From assembly GCA_964016885.1 (NCBI GenBank), contig OZ024740.1, positions 404,178,001-404,242,000 of the forward strand: 64,000 nt of DNA, written 5' to 3'. Made by a program: the position numbers and the translations under genes. Of this stretch, positions 52,162 to 64,000 are shown piece by piece. The DNA is from Eledone cirrhosa. Its lineage: Eukaryota. The notes beneath the pieces were generated by a model. It was not told where the DNA came from, did no database searches, and saw only the letters and a list, made by a program, of their open reading frames with translations. Position 1 is the first letter of the stretch. Every line of letters starts with the position of its first letter.

Positions 52162-52700
52162 ATTAGAAAGTGAGGGTTTTTTTACAAAATGAAAAATAAC
52201 CGAGGTGTCCTACACGAGTGAAAGTATAAAGAAAAAAAGATGAAATCGGAAATGTAACTGGAGTCTTATTTTTTAAAATATATATATATTTATTTGGTTC
52301 CTTTACCGGTTTCGCAGTTCTTCTGCTTTTCAAAAGTAGAGTTGAGATGGAGGGTCTGTGGTTTTTCTCACATCTGGTTGGTCGCTGAATGTTACTTGTT
52401 TTATATGGAAAAAAGTGGCTCGAAATGCCAGGTTTTTAGAGAAGTAATTTGATTGGTTGGTCAATAATTATAATAAATTTCGCGCCAGTTCGCGTTACAA
52501 AGTTCTTCAAACAAGGGGGAGGTGGCACAGGTTGTTTTTTCATATATGAGTGTTTGGATTTCTTTTTATTTAAAAAAAAGGGGGGCTCACGAAGGCTTTT
52601 TTTTTAATAAACGTAATTTGATTGGTTATAAATGAAATTATGGCTGTCACGTGAACAAGTTTTCATTAAATTTTCGCGCCCTTATTTGGAAATCTATGCA
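52162..52700 (-). mobile_element. Fourth copy of the U3-A8 hammerhead unit (ribozyme 52300-52337)
   Basis: Homologous to 50987-51530. Confidence 0.8.
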
Positions 52701-52901
52701 GTAGCCTTTTTAGAGAATTTTATGACAAGCAAAAGAAAATGGTCAAGAGAAATTGGATGGGAGAATTGTTCTGGTTCAGTGAATATGGTTAGTTCGCTGG
52801 GGTGTCAGAATTCAGATTTTCTATTGAATAAAGAAAGTAAAGATATGTATGTTTATTTGTGTGCTTGTGTATGTGTGTGTGTGTGTTTGAATTTCTTTTT
52901 A

Positions 52902-52939
<38 letters not shown>

Positions 52940-53061
52940 CATATATATATATAAGATTGAACAATATATATTGTAGTCAGCGTGTGCTGATAATGTATAA
53001 TAGACATAGAAACATATGTCAAAGCAAATAAATTCATTATCTCTTCTTTTTCTTGGTGCAG

Positions 53062-53174
53062 TGCTTGCTTATACTAATATACTCTGTGATCTCTTCTGGA
53101 CCTATATATCATATTCCCCAGCCGGGATATTTATGCTATACGATTCAAAGGATACCGTCGAGTCAAACTCTCTG
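53062..53174 (+). CDS. Candidate internal host exon (unknown gene)
   Basis: Pyrimidine-rich acceptor CTCTTCTTTTTCTTGGTGCAG, donor TG|GTGAGC, 113 bp, two stop-free frames; no recognised homology. Confidence 0.35.
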
Positions 53175-53237
53175 GTGAGCAGCTTCCTTGTTTATACATT
53201 CATTCCGGATATGCATAAACAAAACCTTATCTACCTT

Positions 53238-53276
<39 letters not shown>

Positions 53277-53315
53277 CATATACTTAATCATATCAGATGA
53301 TCTTATGTAAATAAA

Positions 53316-53500
53316 TGTTTCTACTTTTGGCACAAGGCCACCAATTATCCCAGTACATTACTGGTACTTTATTTTATCGACCCCGTAAGGATGAAAGGCA
53401 AAGTTAACCTCGGCGGGATTGGAACTCAGTTCGCAAAGGGGCGTAACTATGCTGGAAAGCATGGCGTCGAACACTCTACCGATACTGCCAATCCACCTCT
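53316..53500 (-). mobile_element. Nin/Deu-domain SINE
   Basis: Reverse complement of the SINE consensus. Confidence 0.85.
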
Positions 53501-53584
53501 CATGTAAATAATAATCAATTATTTATGAAAATGCAATTATTTTACTTCTAATTAAATATTAGGATTGGTGCTCTGAAATAGCGA

Positions 53585-53985
53585 TGGGATAGAAACTGAC
53601 AGTCTGTTCACGCTGGTTGGCGTTCATCAGAGCCACGCACTCCACCGAAAACTATAGAAGCTGGATTCTTATAGAATCAGGAGCTGATTGTACAGCGTAT
53701 TATACAGATTATTTTTGCTGGACAAGCAATCACTCTGTATAATCAGCTCCTGCTTATTAGTGGAATTCTATAAGAATCCAGCTTCTATAATTTTCAGCGG
53801 AAGCAGGGGAGTGCGTGGCTCTAATAAACGCCAACCAGCGTGAAACAGACTGTCAGTTTCTCTCTCTTCCTTCGCCGAAAAGAAGTAAGTGACATAATCA
53901 CTACTTTAAAACTGATAGCGTATAGTGTTCTAAATGTTTTTAATTAAACATACGGTATATTGCCAAATATACCATACATACATTC
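53585..53985. mobile_element. Inverted pair of the repeat seen at 2900-3170, with two mutated hammerheads
   Basis: 53594-53634 (-) has CTGATGA but GAA for GAAA; 53817-53858 (+) has CTAATAA with intact GAAA-CAGACTG-TC. Confidence 0.75.
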
Positions 53986-54701
53986 TAATTAAAATTTAAG
54001 ATACTAGTAAAAAAGAATAAAGATGTAAATTAACATTAAGAATATAAAATAAAAGAATATGGGCTGTTAATATATATAAACATTAAAATAAAATCAATTA
54101 AGCAGATCTGAGCACCAAAATATATTATCAGTAAAAAGTCTAAACTAAGGAGAATGCTTATATTGAACAGCTGTAGTCATAAGAACAACGGGGAAATAGT
54201 AAAATATATTTAGGCAGGATTCTAACCGTTCATAGTGGGAAAGAATCAGTTTTATGTTGGATCATATATCATATTTAAAAAGAACATCGTAGTTCATGTA
54301 AGCAAGATATAGTAACTTCATTTTTCCGATACACTAATTTTGAGCCTGACATAGTTATTTTAAAGGTTTCAGTTAGGTACAAATCACCTTTTGATCTGCA
54401 ATCTTTGTAATATTTTACTGTGTTAATGATAAAATACTGAATTCTATATTGGGTATCAAATGTGCTTAAATTCCAAATCTATTATGCGAGTGAAGTCAGG
54501 CTTTTCTTTTTTTTTTGCTCTTAAAAGTATGTAAATGCAAATAGTATCTCCTCTACTATTAGCTGTATTAACAGTATGCCTAAGAAACGCCGTGTGTCCT
54601 TACAACGCCCCTATGACTTCCCTAAGAGTTACGAGTACATACATACATGTGTGTATAAATATATATATGTATGTATGCATGTATGTAGGTATGTATGTAT
54701 A

Positions 54702-55908
54702 CGGGGCTGCTCAATTCTTTGAGGACATTTGCATAAATTTTGTAAAAGACGCATAAGTCATGAAAGAAGAGGTTTATTTGAGATAAAATTCACATAAATA
54801 ATCTTGAGACTTTTCTTGGTGGAACTATTTAATGAATCTGTCATTAGCATATATGACTGCTTTATTATGAGGTCTGAAACATTGAATTACCTGAATCAAA
54901 TTAACTTTATATATTTGCGACCTTGTGCTAGTTATGGCGGACATCAGAGGTTTTATAGTGTTATGGGGGCGTTAATTGACGCACCTCTCAACTACGTCCC
55001 ATATGTAGTTCAATAGATTCAGGTCTGGAGGGTTAAGAGGCCATATGTTAGGAACGACATGTTCGTGGAGATTGTAAATCATCCATTCCTGGGTCTCCTT
55101 AGTCTTATGAGATGGCACAGTCTTTTGGTAAGTGTACGGTCTTGCTTTGCTCACGTAAAGTTTCACATCCCTTTCCAACACCTTCTTATAGACAGCAACA
55201 TTGGCCCTTAAAGAAAGAAGTGAAGAAGCACGACACCTCTCTCGTTGTTCCCGGCTCTCAAACTCTGTGTTTATGACCCTTGTAACGTCTTTAGGGTCTC
55301 TGCATGATCACCTGTCATTCTTACCGTTGACCTTTTGGTCCTGATCAAAGTTTTTCTCATTAGAGAAAAATCGAAGCATTCCAGGTTCTTGATGTTTCAA
55401 ATTTCCCAGCAAGCACTTTGCGCAGATCAGACAGTTACCTTTTGTCTTCGTAGAAATAAATTGGTCTTTCTGCATCACATATGACTTGCATCGAAGGTCA
55501 TCATGCTTAATTCTTCCAATTGAAGGCCTTGAAACATTGAGTTTCTTAACAATGTCATTAATTGACTCTCAAGGGTTCTTATCAATAATTTTCTGCACCT
55601 TTAATTCAAATTTGGGTGTTCTAATAGTGTTAGAACGCTTAGCAGGCGTTTTACGTTTGGCTATTGCTGTAGAATCCCCATCAGTGGCTTCCAGCTCTTT
55701 GCCAAGTATGACAATAAACGACCATACAACTTTCAGGAAGTGAGCAATCCCTAAATCACTATGCTCTGCCTTTAAGGCAACGATTACAGTGTGCCTTTTC
55801 ATTTGATGAGTTTGCTTGATGTCTGTCATCATTTATCTGAAAAGAAATGATAATCAGAACAAGTTAGAGCTGTTAACATAGGTGTCTTCAAAGAATTGAT
55901 CAACCCTA
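54702..55908 (-). mobile_element. Tc1/mariner-superfamily DNA transposon (maT/DD37D-like), decayed
   Basis: ~26-bp TIRs CGGGGCTGCTCAATTCTTTGAGGACA / TGTCTTCAAAGAATTGATCAACCCTA flanked by TA; transposase remnants MKRHTVIVAL.., FFSNEKNFDQ, WPLNPPDLNLLNY. Confidence 0.88.
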
Positions 55909-55914
55909 TATATA

Positions 55915-56186
<272 letters not shown>

Positions 56187-56187
<1 letters not shown>

Positions 56188-56730
56188 AGATATAATGATA
56201 TGGGACAGGAAAAAACCAGATATAATGATATGGGACAGGGAAAAGAAGGCATGCTCAGTAGTGGAAGTTAATTGCCCAACAGATGCCAATATAATATCAA
56301 AGATTAGCGAAAAGGAGAATATTTATGCAGAACTGATGAGAAATCTGCAGATACTTCACCCTGATTACACCTTCAGATTTATGCCTGTGATTATTGGGGC
56401 ACTGGGGTATGTTAGTAACTGCCTCAATACAAATCTTGAGAAGCTAGGCTTCACAGGAACAGAAAGAACACAACTAGTTAGGAAATTACAAGTACAATCC
56501 ATTAATGGAACAGTAAAAATATGTAAAACATTCCAAAAATGTTGCATATAATAACTGCATATACACATGTACAGATACAAAGTATATACACATGCACACA
56601 TACAACTCAAAACATACACATCCACACATACAATAACATCCATATCTACACATGCATGCATACATATATATCTACCTAGATGATGTTGTGTAAAAACCAA
56701 TGAGAGAGTCTTGTGTCTATGTTAGAAACC
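56187..56730 (+). pseudogene. REL-endonuclease 3' fragment of an R4/NeSL-type non-LTR element
   Basis: KPDIMIWDREKKACSVVEVNCP.D.N....EKENIY..L....PVIIGALG; short 5' tandem duplication. Confidence 0.8.
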
Positions 56731-57429
56731 GACTCTCTCTCTCTATTGGGAATCATTTGTGAAATTATAAAACCAGAAGAACATATACACCAACCCACAT
56801 ACATAAACGCGTAATACAAAAATGATGAGTCAAATAAATTTATTGAAATGATGAAACCAACTTCCATAATGTGATATATAGTTAATCCAGCATTTGAATA
56901 AAATTATATAGAGAGATTTACGATGTCCAAAATGATAACAGGATTTGTTTCGACGCCATCTGTCGCTCTTAGTGCTTGACATATCAACACCACTTTTAAA
57001 GAGCAGAAATTCTGTATTTTACAATAACAGGCAGGCATTCAGAAAAAGAAACAGTAGTGTAAATGGATCTTTTTTCTTGTATATTTGTATATGTGTGTGC
57101 GTATGTGGGGGGGGGGGGTATATTTGTATAATCTTTTTCACACGTTTATATGTTATATACTTCTCGTGCAAACATATCCTTACTATAAATATTCTAATTT
57201 AATTCGTTTTATTATATTTATTTATTGAGTTTTCTTCTGATAGATATCTCTGTTTCAAACTCAGGGAGGGGTGCGTTATACTACACATGTATGTGTCTAG
57301 TGTTATACATATGCATGTATGTATGTAAGTATGTATCTATATATATGTGTGTGTGTGTGTGCGTATGTAAGAATGTATGCGTGTGCGAGAGACATACATA
57401 CATTAATGTTATAACCTTAATTCTAATAG

Positions 57430-57642
57430 GACAAAGAACAGAGGCAAAAATCTAGAGCAGTCTCTAAAATTCGAGTATCAGCAAGATTATTGAGTAAATT
57501 ATCAGATGATCTGTTAAAATCAGAGACACATATGACGGCTTCCAGGAAGGTAGACGCCGACCTAAATGATATATACAGCATGATAACTAGGGATGTGAAA
57601 TCTAATGTCGACATGGCGTTCCTAGAAATTGACAGGTCATAG
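57430..57642 (+). CDS. Candidate terminal host exon (unknown gene)
   Basis: After TTCTAATAG, 70 sense codons DKEQRQKSRAVSKIRVSARLLSKLSDDLLKSETHMTASRKVDADLNDIYSMITRDVKSNVDMAFLEIDRS then TAG; unique, higher-complexity sequence. Confidence 0.35.
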   Translation, partial: DKEQRQKSRAVSKIRVSARLLSKLSDDLLKSETHMTASRKVDADLNDIYSMITRDVKSNVDMAFLEIDRS

Positions 57643-58181
57643 GGTGTAAATTACACAGAATTGGTTTATTACAAAAATATATGACTTTTGAAAAGTCTGT
57701 AGTAATGAATCACAAGAAACTTCCCTTGATTCAAAACTATTTGTGATACATTCACTGGTGAGGTCATATTCGTGTGTGATTAACTATAATTTCGGCCCTG
57801 AAAAGTTCCTCTATAAAGCGCTATACTCGGCAAGATGTTTAGTATCACTTAGCAAATGTTGGGATTAATAATGGTTTCTTATATAGCCACATTATATATA
57901 TATATACACACACATATACATTTATGTACATACATATATACATACACACACATACACACATGCCCATTGCTACGTACATAAATAGAGACACATGCACTCA
58001 CACATGCTTACACACTCACATGTATATATACACGTACACACACAGATACACACATACGTACACATACACATATATGTATATGCACTCACACACTCACATA
58101 TACACATACACACGCACATACATATACATACAATCACATATACACATACACATAAACATACATATACACACATATATATAT

Positions 58182-58231
<50 letters not shown>

Positions 58232-58410
58232 AATGAATAACAGGTAGACATCATAAAAAGGTAATTTATTCCGTGTGCTTACAAATGTTTCCACGGTGGT
58301 ACTACAGCCTAGTTATGCTATGTGCAAATTTGCAAGTATTTGCAGAACTCAAATATCCAATGCTGTGACCACTGTATCCTATGTGTGTGTGTGCATATAT
58401 ATATATATAT

Positions 58411-58590
58411 ATTAATATTTGATGAACATTTACATGTTATAGTTGCAATTGACTAATAAGATCGCTAGAGTGAAAAATCTTAATTCAACAACATAAGGTC
58501 TGCCTTATGTTGTTGAATTAAGATTTTTCACTCTAGCGATCTTATTAGTCAATTGCAACTATAACATGTAAATGTTCATCAAATATTAAT
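58411..58590. repeat. Perfect palindrome, 88-bp arms with 4-nt loop
   Basis: ...CAACAACATAAGG TCTG CCTTATGTTGTTG... Confidence 0.92.
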
Positions 58591-58871
58591 TTATACTGCT
58601 CAGAAGCGATTCCTAGAGCTGAAATGATTGTAAATGACCTCTCTGAGTCTAAACTCTAAGCTATTTATATATATACATATATATATATGCACACACACAC
58701 ATAGGATACAGTGTATATATATATATATATATACACACACATACACATGCGTGTGTGCGTGCTCATATACACTTATAAACAAACATACATCTACATATAT
58801 ATGTGTGGCGTCGCGGGTACACACACACGCCCCCGCATGCACCCATGTACATACATATAGCAGAAATAATA

Positions 58872-59090
58872 ATGGTTTCTTATATAGGCACAAGGCCAGT
58901 AATTTTGGGAGAGGAGAAAGTCGATTAAATCGACCCCAGTATGTTACTGGGGCTTTATTTTATCGACCCCGTAAGGAAGAAAGACAAAGTTAACCTTGGC
59001 GGGATTTGAACTCAGACCGTAAAGGGCTGTCACTCTATGATGCAAAGCATGGTGTCCGACTCTCTACCGATACTGCCAATCTACCGCCCT
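58872..59090 (-). mobile_element. Nin/Deu-domain SINE, long subfamily
   Basis: SINE consensus plus an extra GTCGATTTAATCGACTTTCTCCTCTCC segment. Confidence 0.85.
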
Positions 59091-60149
59091 AACGTTGGCA
59101 TTAATAATAGCATCAATAAGAGAATAAAATATCGAAGATTAGAGCTGAAATTAACACTAATTCAGTCTATACTGTTCAATATGCTTTAGAAAAAACATAA
59201 CACAACTACACTAAATTAATATAAAAATAATTATCTCAATCAGGGGGGTAACTGTCCATACAGACATTTGGGTAATGCTTGGCGGGACCCTGAAATGGTT
59301 AAAAATATCACGAAAAACTGAAGTCAAAGCCGTGCTATAATGATGAAACGAAAATGAAACACTTTAACTAAGCAGTGAAAATATGCCTGTGCACCCACCC
59401 CCCGCTCCCCGCTGTCAGTAGTATATTAATCAGTGCCACCTAGCGGCCCAGGTCTGTTTTAAGACCCAACCCGCTGTCAAGTATTCAGTAACATCTCAGG
59501 CCCTACAAAAGACCGCTGTAATTTCAATGATTCTTCTATATCAATTACAAGTGTATATCACAGGTCAACGGAGATAACATCATACCTAATCATTGGACTT
59601 AATTTGGTTCTTTTCTTGTATCTTTAGTATTAATGTGTGTAAATACCAACAGGTTAATTTTAGAGTAAATATCCATCTTGCTTCTACAATTACTGTGATA
59701 ATAGATAGTGTATGTGTATATTTTAGATTCATCCTCGATAACAGCTGATTACAAACATATATATCTATTTCTGCTGTAAGTATAGCAGCAGATGTAATAT
59801 TATAGTTAACTGTCAGTCGGTGTATATTATATCTGCATTTTCGACCATGACGGGTAAGTCCATTTGTACTTAAAGATAAATATAGGTTTTATTGTCGTGA
59901 TTATGACAGCAGACGTAATATTATATCTAACAATGAGTTATCAATGAATCAATGAATATATATTATATGTTTATTTTCGTCAACTAAAGAAAACTAATTT
60001 AACCGGAATGTCATATACTCTCTCATGCAAGACCTTCAATAAAAAATATCAATGTTCACTTATGTTTGACCTAAAAATGATATAGCGTACTATCTCAATT
60101 AACATAAAGGGAACCAACAATATATATTATGAAAACTGAAACTAGTGTT

Positions 60150-60620
60150 ATTTAATGGCTTGGAATAAAGAATTGGGGGTTGTGCCGTGGCAATTACATG
60201 TTTATCAAAGACCAGGGCGATCACTGCAGTTAATATTTATTTTGAAAAGTTGTTAATTGATAAATGCAGGGAGAACTTGTACAGGTAATGAATTGCACAA
60301 AGCTGACGTTCCTGGAAGAAATAGCTGGATATGAGGGTTATTACGGAATGTGTGGAAGTCACAGTATGTATTTTGTTGGGAATAGAGTGAAAGAGTCAGA
60401 AGTGTCTGAGTGGAGGTGGCTCTAGAGCAAACAGATCCAAAAAGCTGATATTATTGTAGTAACAGTAGAAAAGATAGATAAAGAAGACAACGGGTCTAAG
60501 AACCAGAGATTGGAATGTGTTAATGAGTCAAGTAGCCTTCTTTGGATTCAGTTTACAATGTCTGTTTGTGTGGGAGTAGAACCATCATAGGTGAGGGAGT
60601 GTATTCAAGAGTTTTATTAC
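60150..60620 (-). pseudogene. Degenerate 3' end of a Jockey-superfamily LINE
   Basis: Mosaic translation LEY..., IQRR, SLSIFYCYY, YFFP.TS.LCNSLP..., FKININ. Confidence 0.5.
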
Positions 60621-60624
60621 TGGA

Positions 60625-61400
60625 TATAAGTATGAATTTTCTAAAAGCATGACGGGTACTATTTGTTGTCCACACAATTGCTAAATCCTTTCTTATAATA
60701 TTTGAATAATTAGATTCAGTAGTGGTTAATCTCCTTGAAGTGAAGGCGCATGGCTTAGTGGTTAGAGCATTGGGCTTGCAATCGAAAGGTTGTGAGTTCG
60801 ATTCTCGGACCGGGTTATGTGTTGTGTCTTTGAGAAAGACACTTTATTTCACGTTGCTCCAGTTTACTCAGCTGTAGAATTGAGTTGCGATGCTGCCAAA
60901 TCAATGGGTGGCAGTATTTCCAGCTGCACGCATCGAAAGACTTGTGTAGTTCTTCTGAGAACAATGCGGCTTTACAGATGATCAATGCAATTGACAATGG
61001 AAAGGCGCTCCCGTCTCGAGTTAGAAGAGAACTATTGACCTTCAGGAGAAGCAGTGACCCCTGATTGTATTCAGCAACCGAAACAAATGTGAAGTATACT
61101 AAATCCAATGCTCCTATGGGCGGCCCTGGTTCTTCTTATTTGCGAGTGTAAACTCGGCCAGATTAGATTAGATTAACTCCTTGATAAATAGAACCCTAGG
61201 TGGATATCATGCGATAAAAAAAATGATATAAAATACTCACAAGCATCAGTTGAGGCATTAAACAGAGACACAAAATGAGATTTCAACAAAGGCACTTTTG
61301 AAATTCTCAAATAACATTTACTGAACATTTTTCTAAACATAGCAGACGTTTTTCTTGTGCAGTTTCTCAAATGCTATGCACGTTGGTGCTCCACCCGCAT
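60625..61400 (-). pseudogene. Gypsy-type LTR retrotransposon RNase H remnant split by a SINE
   Basis: STDACEYFISFFLSHDIHLGFYLSR (to 61173) continues as SRRLTTTESNYSNIIRKDLAIVW (from 60738). Confidence 0.7.
60739..61172 (+). mobile_element. tRNA-derived SINE (second family), ~430 bp with (GATTA)n tail and TSD
   Basis: A-box TGGCTTAGTGG, B-box GAGTTCGATTC; TSD TTAA(T)CTCCTTGA at 60726-60738 and 61173-61184. Confidence 0.8.
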
Positions 61401-61779
61401 TACAAGAATTTAAAGTGGTGATCTAAAACAAGCAAAGTAACAAATTTGTGGAACTTATTTTTAGTTTTTTTATTAGTTGTGATGTTCCAATCCTTCTAAC
61501 TAGGGTGCATCATCTCATCTACCGTATCCAGGAATATATCAAAGTACTCGCAGATTTGGAAAACATTATCATCGCAACAATATTTTTTATTGGGGAGCGC
61601 ACACCTTGAGGATATGGGGAAACTATACCAAACTCAGAAATATTAACACAAAAATTATTTCTTATAGACTAATTCTCATTGCCGAATTAATTCTTTCGGG
61701 GGGGAGGGGGGTCAATGGAACGATCGATTGGGCTTTTCCTTAAGAATGATCAATGTAAGGCATGTGATCTTAAGGGCCA

Positions 61780-61996
61780 TGGATTGGCAGTATCGGTAGA
61801 GCATCGGACACCATGCTTTGCAGCATAGAGTTACGGTCATTTTCGGTCTGAGTTCAAATCCCGTCGAGGTTAACTTTGCCTTTCATCCTTATGGGGATCG
61901 ATAAAATAAGGTATCAGTAACGTACTGGGTCGATTTAATCGACTTTCACCTCCTCTCCAAATTACTGGCCTTGTGCCTATACTAGAAATTATTATT
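61780..61996 (+). mobile_element. Nin/Deu-domain SINE, long subfamily
   Basis: Matches 58872-59090. Confidence 0.85.
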
Positions 61997-62439
61997 TTCT
62001 CTGATTTTGTCAAGGCTGTATGACTGTCCAAGTAAATATGGTGGTATTTATATCTTTTCTTGTGGTAGGAGAGTGTGAGGATTGGGATGCGTGGAGGTCA
62101 TTGGTTTAAAGAAAAGGGAATTCTTTAAAAGCTAATTCTTTCAAGCTATATATAAACCCATCAACCAATGACCTCGACCCATCTTGTAGACACCTGAAAT
62201 ATAGGCATTGTTAGCTTAAGAGAAACTTAAAAATAAGGAGTGGCTCCCCAATCTGAACTTGTTTATAGAATTCTTTCTGCCTTTGTCACTCTAAATATAA
62301 ATTATACCTTTAAAGAATTAGCTTTTAAAGAATTCCCTTTTCTTTAAACCCATCAACTAATGACCTCCACCCATCCCAATCCCCACCCTCTCCTACCACC
62401 AGAAAAGATATAAATACCACCATATTTACTTGGAGAGTC

Positions 62440-62490
62440 AGCTTCCTGATGATTTCTCACGAATGAAACAGTTCTAGTCCTGTAGAAGCT
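62440..62490 (+). ncRNA. Hammerhead ribozyme motif at the end of an inverted PLE-like unit (62025-62505)
   Basis: AGCTTC-CTGATGA-TTTC TCAC GAAT-GAAA-CAG TTCTAGTC CTG-TA-GAAGCT; 62025-62150 is inverted relative to 62305-62437. Confidence 0.88.
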
Positions 62491-62501
62491 TTTCTATATT
62501 A

Positions 62502-62580
<79 letters not shown>

Positions 62581-62885
62581 TGCTTTTAGATGGTCTTATT
62601 CTACATTTTATATATAGGATTGAAGGAGCCAGAAAAAAATGTGTGGTACCGTAAGATGATGTGCAGACTTCCTGCTTCCCGCTCTCTCTTTCAACATACT
62701 CTACTTGTTGAGGAATAAGGGCGGTGAGAGTAGAACAAGGCAGGTGCCTGGAAGGGAAATAACATGTTTATATTAGTCAAAAGGAAATTACATTTGCTCT
62801 AGATTTCCTATTGACAAGAACAAATTATCGTCTTTGACGAGTTTTTTGATTCCGTGGCATGAACTACAAGAACGACACTTTCACT

Positions 62886-63035
62886 AATAATTGTTTCTAC
62901 GTTTGGCACAAGGCCAGCAATTATCCCAGTGTATTACTGGTACTTTAATTTATCGACCCCGTAAGGATAAAAGGCAAAGTTCACCTCAGCGGAATATGAA
63001 CTCAGAATGGCAAGGGCCATAACTCTATGCGCCAA
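62886..63035 (-). mobile_element. Nin/Deu-domain SINE, internally deleted
   Basis: Reverse complement of the SINE core. Confidence 0.8.
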
Positions 63036-63134
63036 TTCACAAGAACATTTAAAGGCAGATAGGTGGGACTGCTAACACAATCTAAACAACGATATATGCA
63101 ATAATTTTTCCTTATGTGTATAGGGAAAAGTAGA

Positions 63135-63238
<104 letters not shown>

Positions 63239-63340
63239 AAATGTGTGAAATCCTTGGTGTAGTTAGGTATATTTGAAAAAAAGGAAAAAGAATGACTTCA
63301 CTTGTAGTTCTAAACAATTTTATTTAATTTTATAATATAA

Positions 63341-63400
63341 CTAGCAGTGTATCCCGGCGTTGCACGGGTAAGAACATTGGTAATAGCACCTCCAATGAGA
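63341..63400 (-). mobile_element. Helitron 3'-end fragment
   Basis: ACTAGCAGTGTATCCCGGCGTTGCACGGG. Confidence 0.6.
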
Positions 63401-63415
63401 AACGGTTATTTGTTA

Positions 63416-63592
63416 GTGGATTGGCAGTATCGGTAGAGGGTCGGACGCCATGCTTTCCAGTATAGTTACGTCCCTTTACGATCTGAGTTCAAATCCCGCC
63501 GAGGTTGACTTTGCCTTTCATCCTTACGGGGTCGATAAAGTACCAGTAATGCACTGGGTAATTGCTGGCCTTGTGCCTAAAGTAGAAACAGT
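63416..63592 (+). mobile_element. Nin/Deu-domain SINE with target-site duplication
   Basis: SINE consensus; GTTATTTGTTAGTG on both sides (63405-63418, 63591-63604). Confidence 0.85.
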
Positions 63593-63619
63593 TATTTGTT
63601 AGTGCCTGTTAAAAACTCA

Positions 63620-63844
63620 CGAACTGGACATGCTCACCGACATCCAGAGTCGACATTGCACTCAGTGCTCCTGTGGGAGCCCCTGCATGGACACACTGGA
63701 AGAGGAAGAACGAAGTTAACATATGTTGATGCCCTATGGACAGACACTGGTCTGTTGGAGACGCAGAACGTGGCAGCGATAATGAGGGACAGGCACCGCT
63801 GGAGAGAACTCGTCCATGGATCTCGGGAGTTTTACCCGCCCTAG
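63620..63844 (+). pseudogene. RTE-clade LINE 3' end
   Basis: GHAHRHPE...VLLWEP.HG...RGR..LTYVD.L..DTG; homologous to 44184-44404; (TAGA)n tail. Confidence 0.85.
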
Positions 63845-64000
63845 ATAGATAGATAGATAGATTTTTATGTGTATATTTATATATATGTATATGTGTATAT
63901 GCGTATATGTGTTTGTATATCTATACATATATATATAAAAGTGAAATTGTGTGTGTGTGTGGGGGGGGGGGGGTGCGCGTGTCTTCAGTTTTGCACCATC

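Noticed and set aside
59240-59480. hAT-like MITE
   Set aside because: GC-rich ends are suggestive, but TIRs and an 8-bp TSD could not be established.
60741-60815. tRNA gene
   Set aside because: tRNA-like head continues into a SINE body with tail and TSD; the acceptor stem is not intact.

Overview
AT-rich eukaryotic (metazoan) DNA consisting almost entirely of transposable elements and microsatellites. The Nin/Deu-domain tRNA SINEs, the TE mix and the (TA)n/(GT)n/(CATA)n density suggest a mollusc, probably a cephalopod such as Octopus (inference). No intact host gene is visible; only a few candidate exons. Recognisable elements: three Penelope-like element (PLE) coding remnants, two Tx1/L1-type LINEs, R4/Dong-like REL-endonuclease fragments, several RTE fragments, a CR1/L2-group LINE with an unusual Myb + CCCH ORF1, a maT-like Tc1/mariner, non-autonomous Helitrons, a Gypsy remnant and about 14 SINEs. 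The most striking feature, which the ORF track does not show, is a very dense population of minimal type-I hammerhead ribozyme (HHR) motifs. By eye there are about 20 complete or near-complete cores plus about 10 degraded ones, from many different short PLE-like non-coding units inserted in (TA)n. They are often arranged as head-to-head palindromes. They include U3-A8 core variants in three unrelated families, palindromic (dimer-type) stem III, and forms with very long stem II insertions. All coordinates and alignments were read manually and are approximate; ribozyme activity is untested.
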